64,000 nt of DNA from Gemmatimonadales bacterium (lineage in GTDB: Bacteria > Gemmatimonadota > Gemmatimonadetes > Gemmatimonadales > GWC2-71-9): the NCBI GenBank assembly GCA_035278885.1, contig DATEIR010000004.1, forward strand, positions 5,262-69,261, in the 5' to 3' direction. The translations under genes and the position numbers were made by a program. Under the pieces are notes generated by a model that worked only from the letters and a program-made list of their open reading frames with translations, was not told the origin of the DNA and did not search any database. Shown one piece after another: positions 19,095 to 28,939 of the stretch. Every line of letters starts with the position of its first letter. Within the stretch, counting starts at the first letter, position 1.

Positions 19095-20503
19095 CACGGG
19101 GCTCCGGTGAGCGCCTTCATGAGCAGGTAGTTGAACTGGACGCCCTGATAAAACGCTTCCGCCAGCACTCGCTCGTCCCGGCCGTGCGCCCGATCTTCGT
19201 CGATGTCGATGAAGACACCTGACACGCCGTAGACGGGGACGCCGGCCCTCCGGAACCGGATACCATCGGTCGTCCAGGGGTCCATCACCGGCAGCACGAT
19301 CACGTCGGGCCACAGCGCGTGGGTGGCCGCCTCCACCGCGGACATGACGTCGGGGTTGAGCGGCGACTCGGGCGCCTCCTCCGGGAGCGCCCCCGCCGGG
19401 TCGCCCTTTATGGTGACGTGGATGGCGCTGTCGCCCACGACCCGGGCGAGGGTATCCAGGATCGCCGCCACGGACTCGCCCGGCAGCAGCCGGCACTGGA
19501 CGGTGGCCCGCGCCCGCTGGGGGAGAGCGTTCTCCGCGACCCCCGCCTCCAGCATCGTGGCGACGCAGGTGTTCCGCATCGAGGAGTTGTACATCGGCGT
19601 CTCACTCACTCGGGCTATCGCGGCGCTGTCTGCGCGGCCGGCCGCTATGGCCTGCAGGTCGTGCCCAGACTCGCCGCCGATCTGCCCGCCGAGGCGGTCG
19701 AAGAAGTTGCGGGTCGTCTCCGTGAGCCGCACGGGAAAGGCGTACGCGGCCAGCCTGTCGAGCCCGCGCGCGAGGGTATAGATGGTGTTGCCCGGCTGCG
19801 GCATCGAGCTATGGCCGCCCGGCCCGGTGACCTCCAGCAGGTAGGTGGCGTAGATCTTCTCGCTGGTCTGCACCGGGTTGCGGAGCCGCCGGCCGTGCTC
19901 CATCTGCCCGCCCGCGGCATCGAGGTTGATCACGTAGGCGGCATCGATCCACTCGCGCCGGTTCGCCAGCAGCCAGGCGGCACCGTTCGCGTCGCCTCCC
20001 TCTTCGTGGTCGGTGAGCGCCACGATGATGTCGCGATCCGGGACGTACCGCTCGCGCCGGAGCCGGACCAGATTGGTCACCAGATCGGCCGCCTCGTCCT
20101 TGATATCGATCGTGCCTCGGCCGTAGAAGTACCCATCCTGCTCCGTGAGCTTGAACGGCTCCATCGACCAGTCCTCCCGTCTTGCTTCGACCACGTCGAG
20201 GTGGGCCAGGAAGAGGATCGGTTTCGCCTTGCCACGCCCGCGCAGCCGGACCACGAGGTTCTGATTCCGCGGGCGTGGCCCGGCGAGTTGCACGTCGCGG
20301 GCGGGAAAGCCGGCTGCGGTGAGGCGCCGCGCGAGCGCGCGCGCCGCCCGGGTGGCGCCCGAGTCCTGGGTGGTGTTGATCGCCACCAGCTCGGCCAGGA
20401 TCTCCCGGGCCATCCGCCGGTCGGCCTCGGGAGGCGCCTGCTGGGCGGCCAGGCCGGCGGGAAGCAGCAGCAGGGTGGCGAACACCAGACGTCGGACGGT
20501 CAT
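19094..20503 (-). CDS. M20/M25/M40 family metallo-hydrolase, secreted
   Basis: AHLDVV, YGRGTIDIK, DHEEGG, GGHSS, AHGRDER. Confidence 0.9.
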   Translation of the reverse strand: MTVRRLVFATLLLLPAGLAAQQAPPEADRRMAREILAELVAINTTQDSGATRAARALARRLTAAGFPARDVQLAGPRPRNQNLVVRLRGRGKAKPILFLAHLDVVEARREDWSMEPFKLTEQDGYFYGRGTIDIKDEAADLVTNLVRLRRERYVPDRDIIVALTDHEEGGDANGAAWLLANRREWIDAAYVINLDAAGGQMEHGRRLRNPVQTSEKIYATYLLEVTGPGGHSSMPQPGNTIYTLARGLDRLAAYAFPVRLTETTRNFFDRLGGQIGGESGHDLQAIAAGRADSAAIARVSETPMYNSSMRNTCVATMLEAGVAENALPQRARATVQCRLLPGESVAAILDTLARVVGDSAIHVTIKGDPAGALPEEAPESPLNPDVMSAVEAATHALWPDVIVLPVMDPWTTDGIRFRRAGVPVYGVSGVFIDIDEDRAHGRDERVLAEAFYQGVQFNYLLMKALTGAP

Positions 20504-20537
20504 TGAATCTCCTGAGGCAGCCATGCACCCACACGTT

Positions 20538-20565
20538 TGCCATCCCGAGCGGAGCGAGGAGTCTC
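20538..20565. repeat. REP-like intergenic element (single degenerate copy)
   Basis: TGCCATCCCGAGCGGAGCGAGGAGTCTC resembles the widespread TGTCATCCYGAGCGNAGCGARGGATCT repeats; only one copy seen in the window. Confidence 0.45.
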
Positions 20566-20577
20566 CTCACCCGCGGG

Positions 20578-21810
20578 TCACGCCAACGACACCCTCCCGG
20601 GCTCGATCTCCGGCTCCGGCGCCGGCCGGTGCGGACCGCCGACCTCGAGGTCGGGCAGGAACCCGGTGAGCAGCCCCAGCGCCGGCAGATACGAGCAGAG
20701 ATGGTAGACGTACTCGATGCTGGTCGCGTCGGCCAGCCGGCCGAGCACCGCGGCGCCGATGCCGGCGATCCCGAACGCGAGGCCGAAGAAGAGTCCCGAG
20801 ATCATCCCGACCCGGCCCGGCAGCAGCTCCTGGGCGTAGACCAGAATGGCGGAGAAGGCGGAGGCGATGACGATCCCGATGATGACGCTGAGCACCCCGC
20901 TCCACATCAGTCCCACGTAGGGCAGCGCCAGGCTGAAGGGGAGCACGCCGAGGATCGAGACCCAGATGACCCGCTTGCGACCGATCCGGTCGCCCACCGG
21001 CCCACCGATGATCGTCCCCGCGGCCACGGCGCCGAGGAACCAGAAGAGGTGCAGCTGAGCGGTCTGGACCGAGACGCCGAAGCGGTGAATGAGGTAGAAC
21101 GTGTAGTAGCTCGTCAGGCTGGCCAGATAGATGTACTTGGAGAACACCAGCATGATCAGGACGGCGAGCGCCACGCGCACCTGGCCTGGCGGAACCGGGG
21201 TGCGGGTCGGCCCCCGGACCGCCGCGGCTCCCGCCGCCGACGCGCGGCGCCGCCGGTACCAGCCGCCCACCCGCCAGAGCACCACGATCGCGAGGAGCGC
21301 CGCGAGGGAAAACCAGGCTACGCTGCGCTGCCCGCGCGGGAGCACCACGAAGGCGGCCGCCAGCGGTCCCACGGCGGAGCCGGCGTTCCCGCCCACCTGG
21401 AAGAGCGACTGCGCCAGTCCGTGCTGCCCCCCCGAGGCCATCCGCGCCACCCGCGAGGACTCGGGATGAAAGACCGCGCTGCCCAGGCCCACCATTCCCG
21501 CCGCCAGCAGCACCATATGGAAGCTGTGCGCGGCGGAGAGCAGGATGAGGCCGAACAGGGTGAAGCTCATCCCCGTCATGAGCGAGTACGGCTGGGGCCG
21601 GTGATCGGTATAGTGGCCGATCAGCGGCTGCAGCAGCGATGCGGTGAGCTGGAAGGTGAAGGTGATGAGCCCCACCTGCCCGAAGTCGAGTCCGAAGTCC
21701 TGCTTCAGCATCGGGTACATGGCGGGCAGCAGCGCCTGCATCATGTCGTTGAGAAAATGGCAGAAGCTGATCGCGGCCAGGACCGTGAAGGCGGTCTGTC
21801 CCGGGTTCAT
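20578..21810 (-). CDS. fsr: MFS transporter, fosmidomycin resistance (Fsr) family
   Basis: ISFCHFLND, FHPESSRVARMASGG, QSLFQVGGNAG, GDRIGRK, LVYAQEL. Confidence 0.88.
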   Translation of the reverse strand: MNPGQTAFTVLAAISFCHFLNDMMQALLPAMYPMLKQDFGLDFGQVGLITFTFQLTASLLQPLIGHYTDHRPQPYSLMTGMSFTLFGLILLSAAHSFHMVLLAAGMVGLGSAVFHPESSRVARMASGGQHGLAQSLFQVGGNAGSAVGPLAAAFVVLPRGQRSVAWFSLAALLAIVVLWRVGGWYRRRRASAAGAAAVRGPTRTPVPPGQVRVALAVLIMLVFSKYIYLASLTSYYTFYLIHRFGVSVQTAQLHLFWFLGAVAAGTIIGGPVGDRIGRKRVIWVSILGVLPFSLALPYVGLMWSGVLSVIIGIVIASAFSAILVYAQELLPGRVGMISGLFFGLAFGIAGIGAAVLGRLADATSIEYVYHLCSYLPALGLLTGFLPDLEVGGPHRPAPEPEIEPGRVSLA

Positions 21811-22100
21811 GCCCGGCGCGCGGGCGGAAACGGCCCCAGCTCGCGCTCGTCGACGTAGCACCAGCCCCAGTCCTCGCCCGGCTCGTACGACTGGATGACC
21901 GGGTGGTCCGTGCGCCGGGCATGCTTGGTCGCGTGCTTGCCGGGAGAGTTGTCGCAGCAGCCGACGTGGCCACAGGTCAGGCACAGCCGGAGGTGGACCC
22001 ACTGCATGCCGCTCTTGAGGCACTCCTCGCAGCCCGTCGGAGTGCGGGGCTCGGGATGGGGAGCCGGGGGAACGTGGGAACAGGTGATCGCCGACGCCAT
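21807..22100 (-). CDS. UBP-type zinc finger protein
   Basis: GCEECL..WVHLRLCLTCGHVGCCDNSPGKHATKH..WGWCYVD. Confidence 0.92.
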   Translation of the reverse strand: MASAITCSHVPPAPHPEPRTPTGCEECLKSGMQWVHLRLCLTCGHVGCCDNSPGKHATKHARRTDHPVIQSYEPGEDWGWCYVDERELGPFPPARRA

Positions 22101-22217
22101 GATGCCGCTCCTGCTGGGGAAGTCCGATCGGGGTGGGCCGTTTCGGCGCTTCGAGCAAGATAGGCGGGAGGGGAACGGGTGGCGCGCCGCGAGCCGGGCC
22201 GCCTATTCTCCCGATAG

Positions 22218-23225
<1,008 letters not shown>

Positions 23226-23234
23226 TTCGGGCGA

Positions 23235-23633
23235 TCAGGGCGCCGTGCCGGTAATCTCGATCCGGTATTCGGCGATGTCCTGCAGGGCGTACGTGCCTCG
23301 CGCGGCCGCCTCGACCACCCTGGCCGAGTAGTCGTCGGCCCGGGTCCGGTCGGGCACCCAGATCCGCACCAGCTTGCCGCCGCGAAGCGCGCCGCTCACC
23401 ACGATCCGGAGCGGCGCCGTACCCACCGACGAGGCCTCCGTGCGATAGCTCAGGGCGGTCACCGAGTCCACCGTGCCGCCCGAGACCTCGACCAGCACGA
23501 TTCCGTCGTTGTCCGCCGGCGTCTGGAGCACCAGGTCGAGCGGTCCCGACAACGGCGCCGACAGATCGGAGCCGCCGCCGCAGGCGCTCACACCCAGCAG
23601 CGCCGCGAGCAGCAGCGCGCGCGCCTGCCTCAT
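23235..23633 (-). CDS. hypothetical beta-rich lipoprotein (possibly cohesin-like)
   Basis: VSAC lipobox; ATGA overlap with the S8 gene; alternating hydrophobic beta strands. Confidence 0.7.
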   Translation of the reverse strand: MRQARALLLAALLGVSACGGGSDLSAPLSGPLDLVLQTPADNDGIVLVEVSGGTVDSVTALSYRTEASSVGTAPLRIVVSGALRGGKLVRIWVPDRTRADDYSARVVEAAARGTYALQDIAEYRIEITGTAP

Positions 23634-26600
23634 TCGCCCTCCCGATCGAGCAGCGCCAGGTAGTCACCCACGTCGAACCGTCCGTTCCGGTTGCCCGCCT
23701 GGTCGAGGGCGCGCACCTGTTCCGGCGTCAGGTGGGGCTTGCCGAGAAGGTCGCCCGCGGCCACGCCGGCGGGCGGTTGGGGAATGAAGCGCGCCGTCAC
23801 TGCCGTCTCGGCGCCCACCGTCACGGCGCAGGACGGCGCGGTGCCGCAGGCGGGAACGCCGCTCCAGCCGGCGAACAGCGAGCCGGCCTCCGCGGTGGCC
23901 GTGAGCGTCACGACGCCGCCGAGCGCAACCTCGATCCGGCAACCTGACGCCGCGGCCACGCCTTCGCTGACCGTACAGGCGAGCCCCTCGCCGATGCCCG
24001 GTCCGCTCGCCACGCTCCCGCTCCCGGTGCCCGCGCCGGCGATCCTGAGCCCGGCCGTCTTCAGGGTGAAGGTCGCCGTCACCGCCCGGGCGGCGTCGAG
24101 GGTCACCACGCACTCGCCCGTCCCACTGCAGTCCCCGGTCCAGCCCGCGAAGGCGGAGCCCGACGAGGCCGTGGCAGCAAGGGTCACACTGGCTCCGCCC
24201 GAGTACACGGCCGCGCAGCTGCCGCTGGCCGCCCCGGCGGATATGGCGCAGGCGATGCCGCCGGGGCTCGCGCTAACGGCGCCGGAGCCGTCGCCCGCGC
24301 CAGCCACCGTGAGCGTCATCGGCTCGAGCGCGAAGGCCGCGCCGACGGTGATCGCCTGGCTCACCGTCACGACGCAGGGCGCCGTCCCGGTGCAGGCTCC
24401 CGTCCAGCCGGTAAAGGTCGAGCCCGCCGAGGGCGTGGCGGTGAGGGTGACCGTAGCGCCCGCAGGGAAGCCGGCCGCGCAGACTCCGGATCCGGTCCCG
24501 CCCGCCAGCGCGCAGTCGATCCCGGCGGGGTCGGCGGTCACCCGGCCCGCGCCGGTGCCGCTTCCCCCGACCGTGACGGTGAAGGGCACCAGGTCGAAGG
24601 TGGCGGAAACCGAGCGCGCCTGATCGAGCGTGACGGTGCAGTCGCCCGTGCCGGTACAGGCCCCGCCCCAGCCGCTGAAGCGCGAGCCCGCCGCGGCCGT
24701 CGCCTGCAGGGTGACCACGGTGCCCGCCGGGTACGCGGCGGAGCAGGTCCCCGTCGCGACGGCGGCCGCCGCCTGACAGCTCAACGGCGGCTGCGCACCC
24801 GGGGCCGTGGCGATCGTCCCGCCGCCCTCGCCGCCCGCCGACACGCCAAGCGCGAAGCTTCTGGACACGAAGCGGGCGGTGACGGTCCTGGCCTGGCTCA
24901 TGACCACGGTACACGGGCCCGTCCCGGAACAGGCCCCGGTCCAGCCATCGAACACCGCGCCGATCGAAGGTGTCGGGGTGAGGGTGACGGTCGTGCCCGC
25001 GGTATAGGTCGCGGTGCAGGCTCCACTCACGCTCCCGCCGGCCGAGGCGCAGGCGATGGCGGGGCTCAACCCTGCCTGGCTCGCGATGCTGCCGCTGCCC
25101 GCACCCGCGCCGGTCAGGTGCAGGGCGTAGGTCGCGACGTCGAAGCCGGCCGTGACCGTACGATTCTCCTCGGTGGTGAGCTGACAGCTACCGGTCCCGG
25201 TGCAAGCCCCCGACCAGCCGGTGAACACCGACCCCGCGCCGGGAGTCGCGCTCAGCGTCACCGCGGTGCCGCTCTCGAACTGGGTGCTGCAGCTTCCGCT
25301 CGCGGCCCCCGCGGCAGCCGAGCAGGCGATGCCCGCCGGGGTGCTGCCCACGGTGCCCGCACCGCTACCCGCCCCGGCGACGGTCACCGTGACGCGGCGC
25401 GGCTGGGCCCCGAGCTGGACCAGCGCCGCGCGAAGGTTGGGGAAGGGCCCGACCGATTGCGTTGCGCCCCCGCTCTGAGGGGTCCCGGTGGTGCGGAGCA
25501 GGGTGACGAGGTCGTCGGGCGAGAGCGGCGTCCCCCGCGACCCCCGGTTGAAGCCCTGCACCGCGACCGCCGCGGCCGCCACCATCGCCGAGGCGCTCGA
25601 GGTGCCGGCGAAGGTGGCGGTATAGCGGGTGCCCCGGCTGCCTCCGTCGAAGAGGTCGCCGTATCCGGTGCTGGTGACGCAGCAGCCCCACGCCTGCAGG
25701 TCCACCCGGGAGCCGTAGCTGGAGAAGGAGGAGCGGGCGTGCGCCTGGGTGCCGGCCCCGACGATGATCGCGTCCGAGTCGAAGCGGCTCCGGTCGAAGC
25801 GCCCCAGGAAGTCGGGGCCGTCGAGATTCTCGTTGCCGTTCCCCGCCGCCTCGACGACGATGACTCCGGTCTGGGTGACGACCCGGATGGCGTCGAACAC
25901 CGCCGGGTCCCATTCGACCGGTACGAAGGTCTGCCCGCCGTGCGGTCCCACCGCCTGCTGTTCGATCAGCAGCACGTCGCCCGGGCCGAGCGCGGCGCCC
26001 GCCGCCGCGATCGCGGCGGGAAGATTGTAGTGCAGGGTGCCGGTCTCGACGGGCGAGATGACCCGGGTAGTGGCCGCCGACACCGCGCCGGTGACGCCGA
26101 AGGCGTTGGCGCGCCCGACCAGCATGCCGAGCACCGCGGTGCCGTGGTCGTCGGCGCAGAAGGGATTGCAGGTCCCGCCGAGGGACGCGCCGTCGAGCTG
26201 CAGGTCCTCATGGGTCAGGACCCACGAGTACTCGAGGTCGATCAGCTTGACCCCGGCGCCGTCGCCGCCGACCTGGGTCCGGGCGAAGCGGGCGTCGAAG
26301 CCGTCGGGCGCCGGGCCCAGGTAGCCCTGCCTGCCGGTGAAATCGGGCGAGGCGAGCTCCTTGTGACGACCCGGCGGCGGCGCCGGCGCCGGCGCCACAT
26401 ACGCCGTATCCACCTCGGCCAGGGCGTTGAGCTCGGCCAGGAGCCGGGGGAGGTCGGCGGCCTGGCCCACCTCCAGGCGGTGCCAGCTTCCCAGGCTGGG
26501 CAGCGGTCGGCGGGCGCGCAGGCGGGCGCCGCTTTCGAGCGACTGCAGGGTGATCGCGGGGACGTGGGCGAAGAGGGTGCGCAGCTGCGGCGAGCCGTGA

Positions 26601-26791
26601 CCGCGGAGCACCTGATCGAGCCGAGGGGCTGTGCGCAGATCGTCGCGGAGCTTGACGTTCACGACGACCGCGCCCTGCGCCTCCGCCCGCTGCGCGCAGA
26701 GCAGCCCCAGGGCGAGTGCCGTCAGCGCTGGGGCCAGACGGACACGAGCCACGACTCCTCTGCGACTACGAGTCAATCGGAGACGGTGCAC
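23630..26791 (-). CDS. S8 subtilase with six divergent InlB-B-type repeats and a dockerin/EF-hand-like C-terminus
   Basis: Triad IDLEYSW / HGTAVLG / GTSSAS, oxyanion AAGN; repeats VTLxA..FxGWxGAC; start uncertain (26791 or 26752). Confidence 0.88.
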   Translation of the reverse strand: MHRLRLTRSRRGVVARVRLAPALTALALGLLCAQRAEAQGAVVVNVKLRDDLRTAPRLDQVLRGHGSPQLRTLFAHVPAITLQSLESGARLRARRPLPSLGSWHRLEVGQAADLPRLLAELNALAEVDTAYVAPAPAPPPGRHKELASPDFTGRQGYLGPAPDGFDARFARTQVGGDGAGVKLIDLEYSWVLTHEDLQLDGASLGGTCNPFCADDHGTAVLGMLVGRANAFGVTGAVSAATTRVISPVETGTLHYNLPAAIAAAGAALGPGDVLLIEQQAVGPHGGQTFVPVEWDPAVFDAIRVVTQTGVIVVEAAGNGNENLDGPDFLGRFDRSRFDSDAIIVGAGTQAHARSSFSSYGSRVDLQAWGCCVTSTGYGDLFDGGSRGTRYTATFAGTSSASAMVAAAAVAVQGFNRGSRGTPLSPDDLVTLLRTTGTPQSGGATQSVGPFPNLRAALVQLGAQPRRVTVTVAGAGSGAGTVGSTPAGIACSAAAGAASGSCSTQFESGTAVTLSATPGAGSVFTGWSGACTGTGSCQLTTEENRTVTAGFDVATYALHLTGAGAGSGSIASQAGLSPAIACASAGGSVSGACTATYTAGTTVTLTPTPSIGAVFDGWTGACSGTGPCTVVMSQARTVTARFVSRSFALGVSAGGEGGGTIATAPGAQPPLSCQAAAAVATGTCSAAYPAGTVVTLQATAAAGSRFSGWGGACTGTGDCTVTLDQARSVSATFDLVPFTVTVGGSGTGAGRVTADPAGIDCALAGGTGSGVCAAGFPAGATVTLTATPSAGSTFTGWTGACTGTAPCVVTVSQAITVGAAFALEPMTLTVAGAGDGSGAVSASPGGIACAISAGAASGSCAAVYSGGASVTLAATASSGSAFAGWTGDCSGTGECVVTLDAARAVTATFTLKTAGLRIAGAGTGSGSVASGPGIGEGLACTVSEGVAAASGCRIEVALGGVVTLTATAEAGSLFAGWSGVPACGTAPSCAVTVGAETAVTARFIPQPPAGVAAGDLLGKPHLTPEQVRALDQAGNRNGRFDVGDYLALLDREGE
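23787..25400 (-). repeat. six intragenic ~90-aa Cys-rich repeats
   Basis: Each has GxGxGxV..IxC..GxC...GTxVTLxATP..GSxFxGWxGACxGTGxCxVT....VTAxF with 4 Cys. Confidence 0.85.
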
Positions 26792-26909
26792 GAACTTGCT
26801 TTTGGGGTTGGGGGAACGCCCGAAGGGTACCGGGGTGGTTCGGTGGAATCAAGCAGGACTGGCGCGTCTCTTGCCCCTCCAGGGCCAACCATCGCCCAGA
26901 TAACGACCT

Positions 26910-27554
26910 ATGCGCCCGATGCCCATTCGATCGACTGCCGCCCTGCAACAGGCTCTGGCGGTTTGCGGCGCGCTGGCCCTGTCGGCCTGCGCCTCGCACT
27001 ACGCCCAGGTGCCCCCCCGGCTCGACCTCGCACCCTACGGTCGGGTCGCGCTGGTGACCTTCAGCTCGGAGCGGCAGGATCCCAAGCTCACGGCGTCGGC
27101 CACCCAGCGCTTTGCCGAGGCGCTGCTGTCGAACCAATCCGGCATCGAGCTGCTCGAGATCGGCGCGGCGGACTCCTCTCTGCGCGGACTCCCGTCCGAC
27201 GTCGACGGGGCCACGCTGGCCCGGGCGCTGGGGCGCTCGCGCGACGTGCCGGCGGTGTTCGTCGGCCGGCTCACCATGTCCGAGGTCAAGCCGCAGGGGC
27301 GGCTGGGTGTGGCGAGCGTGGACATGCGGGCCGGCGTCACCGCGCAGCTCACGGTGCAGCTGGTCTCGACCAAGACCGGCGGGACGATGTGGCGCTCGAG
27401 CGCCAACACCAGCGAGGAGCTCGGCCACCTCGGCCTGGGCACCGGCGGTGCGGCGGTCGCGATGCGGGATCCGGACGAAGCCTACGGTGAGGTGGTGCGA
27501 AGCCTGGTGGCGGACGTGACCCGGGACCTGCGTCCCACCTGGGTCAAGCAGTAG
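26910..27554 (+). CDS. hypothetical lipoprotein
   Basis: LSAC lipobox; alpha/beta pattern ending LVSTKTGGTMW, loosely CsgG/LpoB-like. Confidence 0.65.
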   Translation: MRPMPIRSTAALQQALAVCGALALSACASHYAQVPPRLDLAPYGRVALVTFSSERQDPKLTASATQRFAEALLSNQSGIELLEIGAADSSLRGLPSDVDGATLARALGRSRDVPAVFVGRLTMSEVKPQGRLGVASVDMRAGVTAQLTVQLVSTKTGGTMWRSSANTSEELGHLGLGTGGAAVAMRDPDEAYGEVVRSLVADVTRDLRPTWVKQ

Positions 27555-27615
27555 CGGTCGATCGGAGCATAGCCTTCGGGCCCCGGCGGCAGCCCGGGTA
27601 ACCAAGCTGCCGACC

Positions 27616-27643
27616 GTGCCCGGGCGAGACCTCGCCCGGGCAC
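27616..27643. terminator. perfect 12-bp hairpin between convergent genes
   Basis: GTGCCCGGGCGA-gacc-TCGCCCGGGCAC. Confidence 0.6.
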
Positions 27644-27651
27644 TCGGCGTT

Positions 27652-28236
27652 TCAGCCGTCGAGCTCGGCGGCCTTCGAAATGATCCGACCCACCAGCCCG
27701 TAGCGCACCGCGGCTTCCGCGCCCAGCCAGAAATTCCGGTGGGTATCCTCCTCGATCCGCTCCAGCGGCTGGCCGGTCTCCCGGGCGAAGATCCGGTTGA
27801 TCCGGTCGCGCATCTGCAGGATCTCCCGCGCCTCGATCTCGATGTCGCTGGCGGCGCCGCCCGCGCCACCGGAGGGCTGGTGCAGGAGGAAGCGGGTGTT
27901 GGGGAGGCAGTAGCGCTGCTCCCGCGGCGCGGCGACGTAGATCAACGCCCCGGCACTCGCCACCCAGCCGGTGCCGATCATGCGCACTCTGGGCCGGATG
28001 TAGCGCACCACGTCGTGGATCGTGTCGCCGGCTTCGACATGGCCGCCCTGGGAATTGACGAAGATCGTGATGTCGCCGTCCGAGTCGGCGGCCAGCGCCA
28101 GCAGCTGGCTCACGATGTCGGCCGCGAGCTTCTGGGTGATCTCGCCGCTGATGACGATGGTCCGGGCGCGGAGCAGCCGCTCCGCGACCGAATCGATGGG
28201 GCGGGTCGGGGCGACGGGGTCGTGGTCCTGATACAT
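27652..28236 (-). CDS. clpP: ATP-dependent Clp protease proteolytic subunit (paralog)
   Basis: FVNSQGG, GWVASAGA, RFLLHQPSGG, DTHRNFWL, YGLVGRI. Confidence 0.93.
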   Translation of the reverse strand: MYQDHDPVAPTRPIDSVAERLLRARTIVISGEITQKLAADIVSQLLALAADSDGDITIFVNSQGGHVEAGDTIHDVVRYIRPRVRMIGTGWVASAGALIYVAAPREQRYCLPNTRFLLHQPSGGAGGAASDIEIEAREILQMRDRINRIFARETGQPLERIEEDTHRNFWLGAEAAVRYGLVGRIISKAAELDG

Positions 28237-28291
28237 GCGGTGCCTCGAGTGCGGGTGTGGCCGAAGTGTAATCCCGCCGGTAGACTGGGGC

Positions 28292-28900
28292 ATGGATCCG
28301 ACTTTCTTCGCGACACCCGGCGCGTGGCGAGCCTGGCTGGCCGGCCATCATGCCTCGGCGAAGGAGCTCTGGGTCGGGTTCTACAAGCGGGGGACGGCCC
28401 GCCGCAGCATCACCTGGCCCGAGTCGGTGGACCAGGCGCTCTGCTACGGGTGGATCGACGGGGTTCGCCGCAGTCTGGGCCCGGAGAGCTACGTCATCCG
28501 GTTCACGCCCAGACGTCCGGGCAGCACCTGGAGCAAGGTCAACCTCCAACGGGTGGCCGAGCTCGACGCGCTGGGCCTGATGCAGCCGGCCGGGCGGGCC
28601 GCGCACGCGGCGCGGACGGCGGCCAAGTCGGGGATCTACGCGTACGAGCAGGAGAAGGCCGCGCGGCTCACCCCGGAGCAGGAGCGCGTCTTCAAGCGTA
28701 ACCGGAAGGCGTGGGCCTACTTCCAGGCGGAGGCGCCGTGGTATCGCCGTACGGCGACCCACTGGGTGGTGCGGGCCAAGCGGGAGGAAACCCGGGCCAA
28801 GCGGCTCGCCACACTGATCGCCGATTCGGCGGCGGGGCGGCGCATCGGGCTGCTCGCGCGGCCCGCGCGTCCGCTTGCCCCCGGCAGGACCGGCCCCTAG
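28292..28900 (+). CDS. YdeI/OmpD-associated family protein
   Basis: WPESVDQALCYGWIDG, RFTPRRPGSTWS, AKREETRAKRL. Confidence 0.92.
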   Translation: MDPTFFATPGAWRAWLAGHHASAKELWVGFYKRGTARRSITWPESVDQALCYGWIDGVRRSLGPESYVIRFTPRRPGSTWSKVNLQRVAELDALGLMQPAGRAAHAARTAAKSGIYAYEQEKAARLTPEQERVFKRNRKAWAYFQAEAPWYRRTATHWVVRAKREETRAKRLATLIADSAAGRRIGLLARPARPLAPGRTGP

Positions 28901-28939
28901 AATCCCCCCACCTTTTTCCCATCCGACCCCGAGGATTCC

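Noticed and set aside
23787..25400. Repeats as a possible CRISPR array or mobile repeat
   Set aside because: In-frame protein domain repeats, divergent at DNA level; no cas genes.
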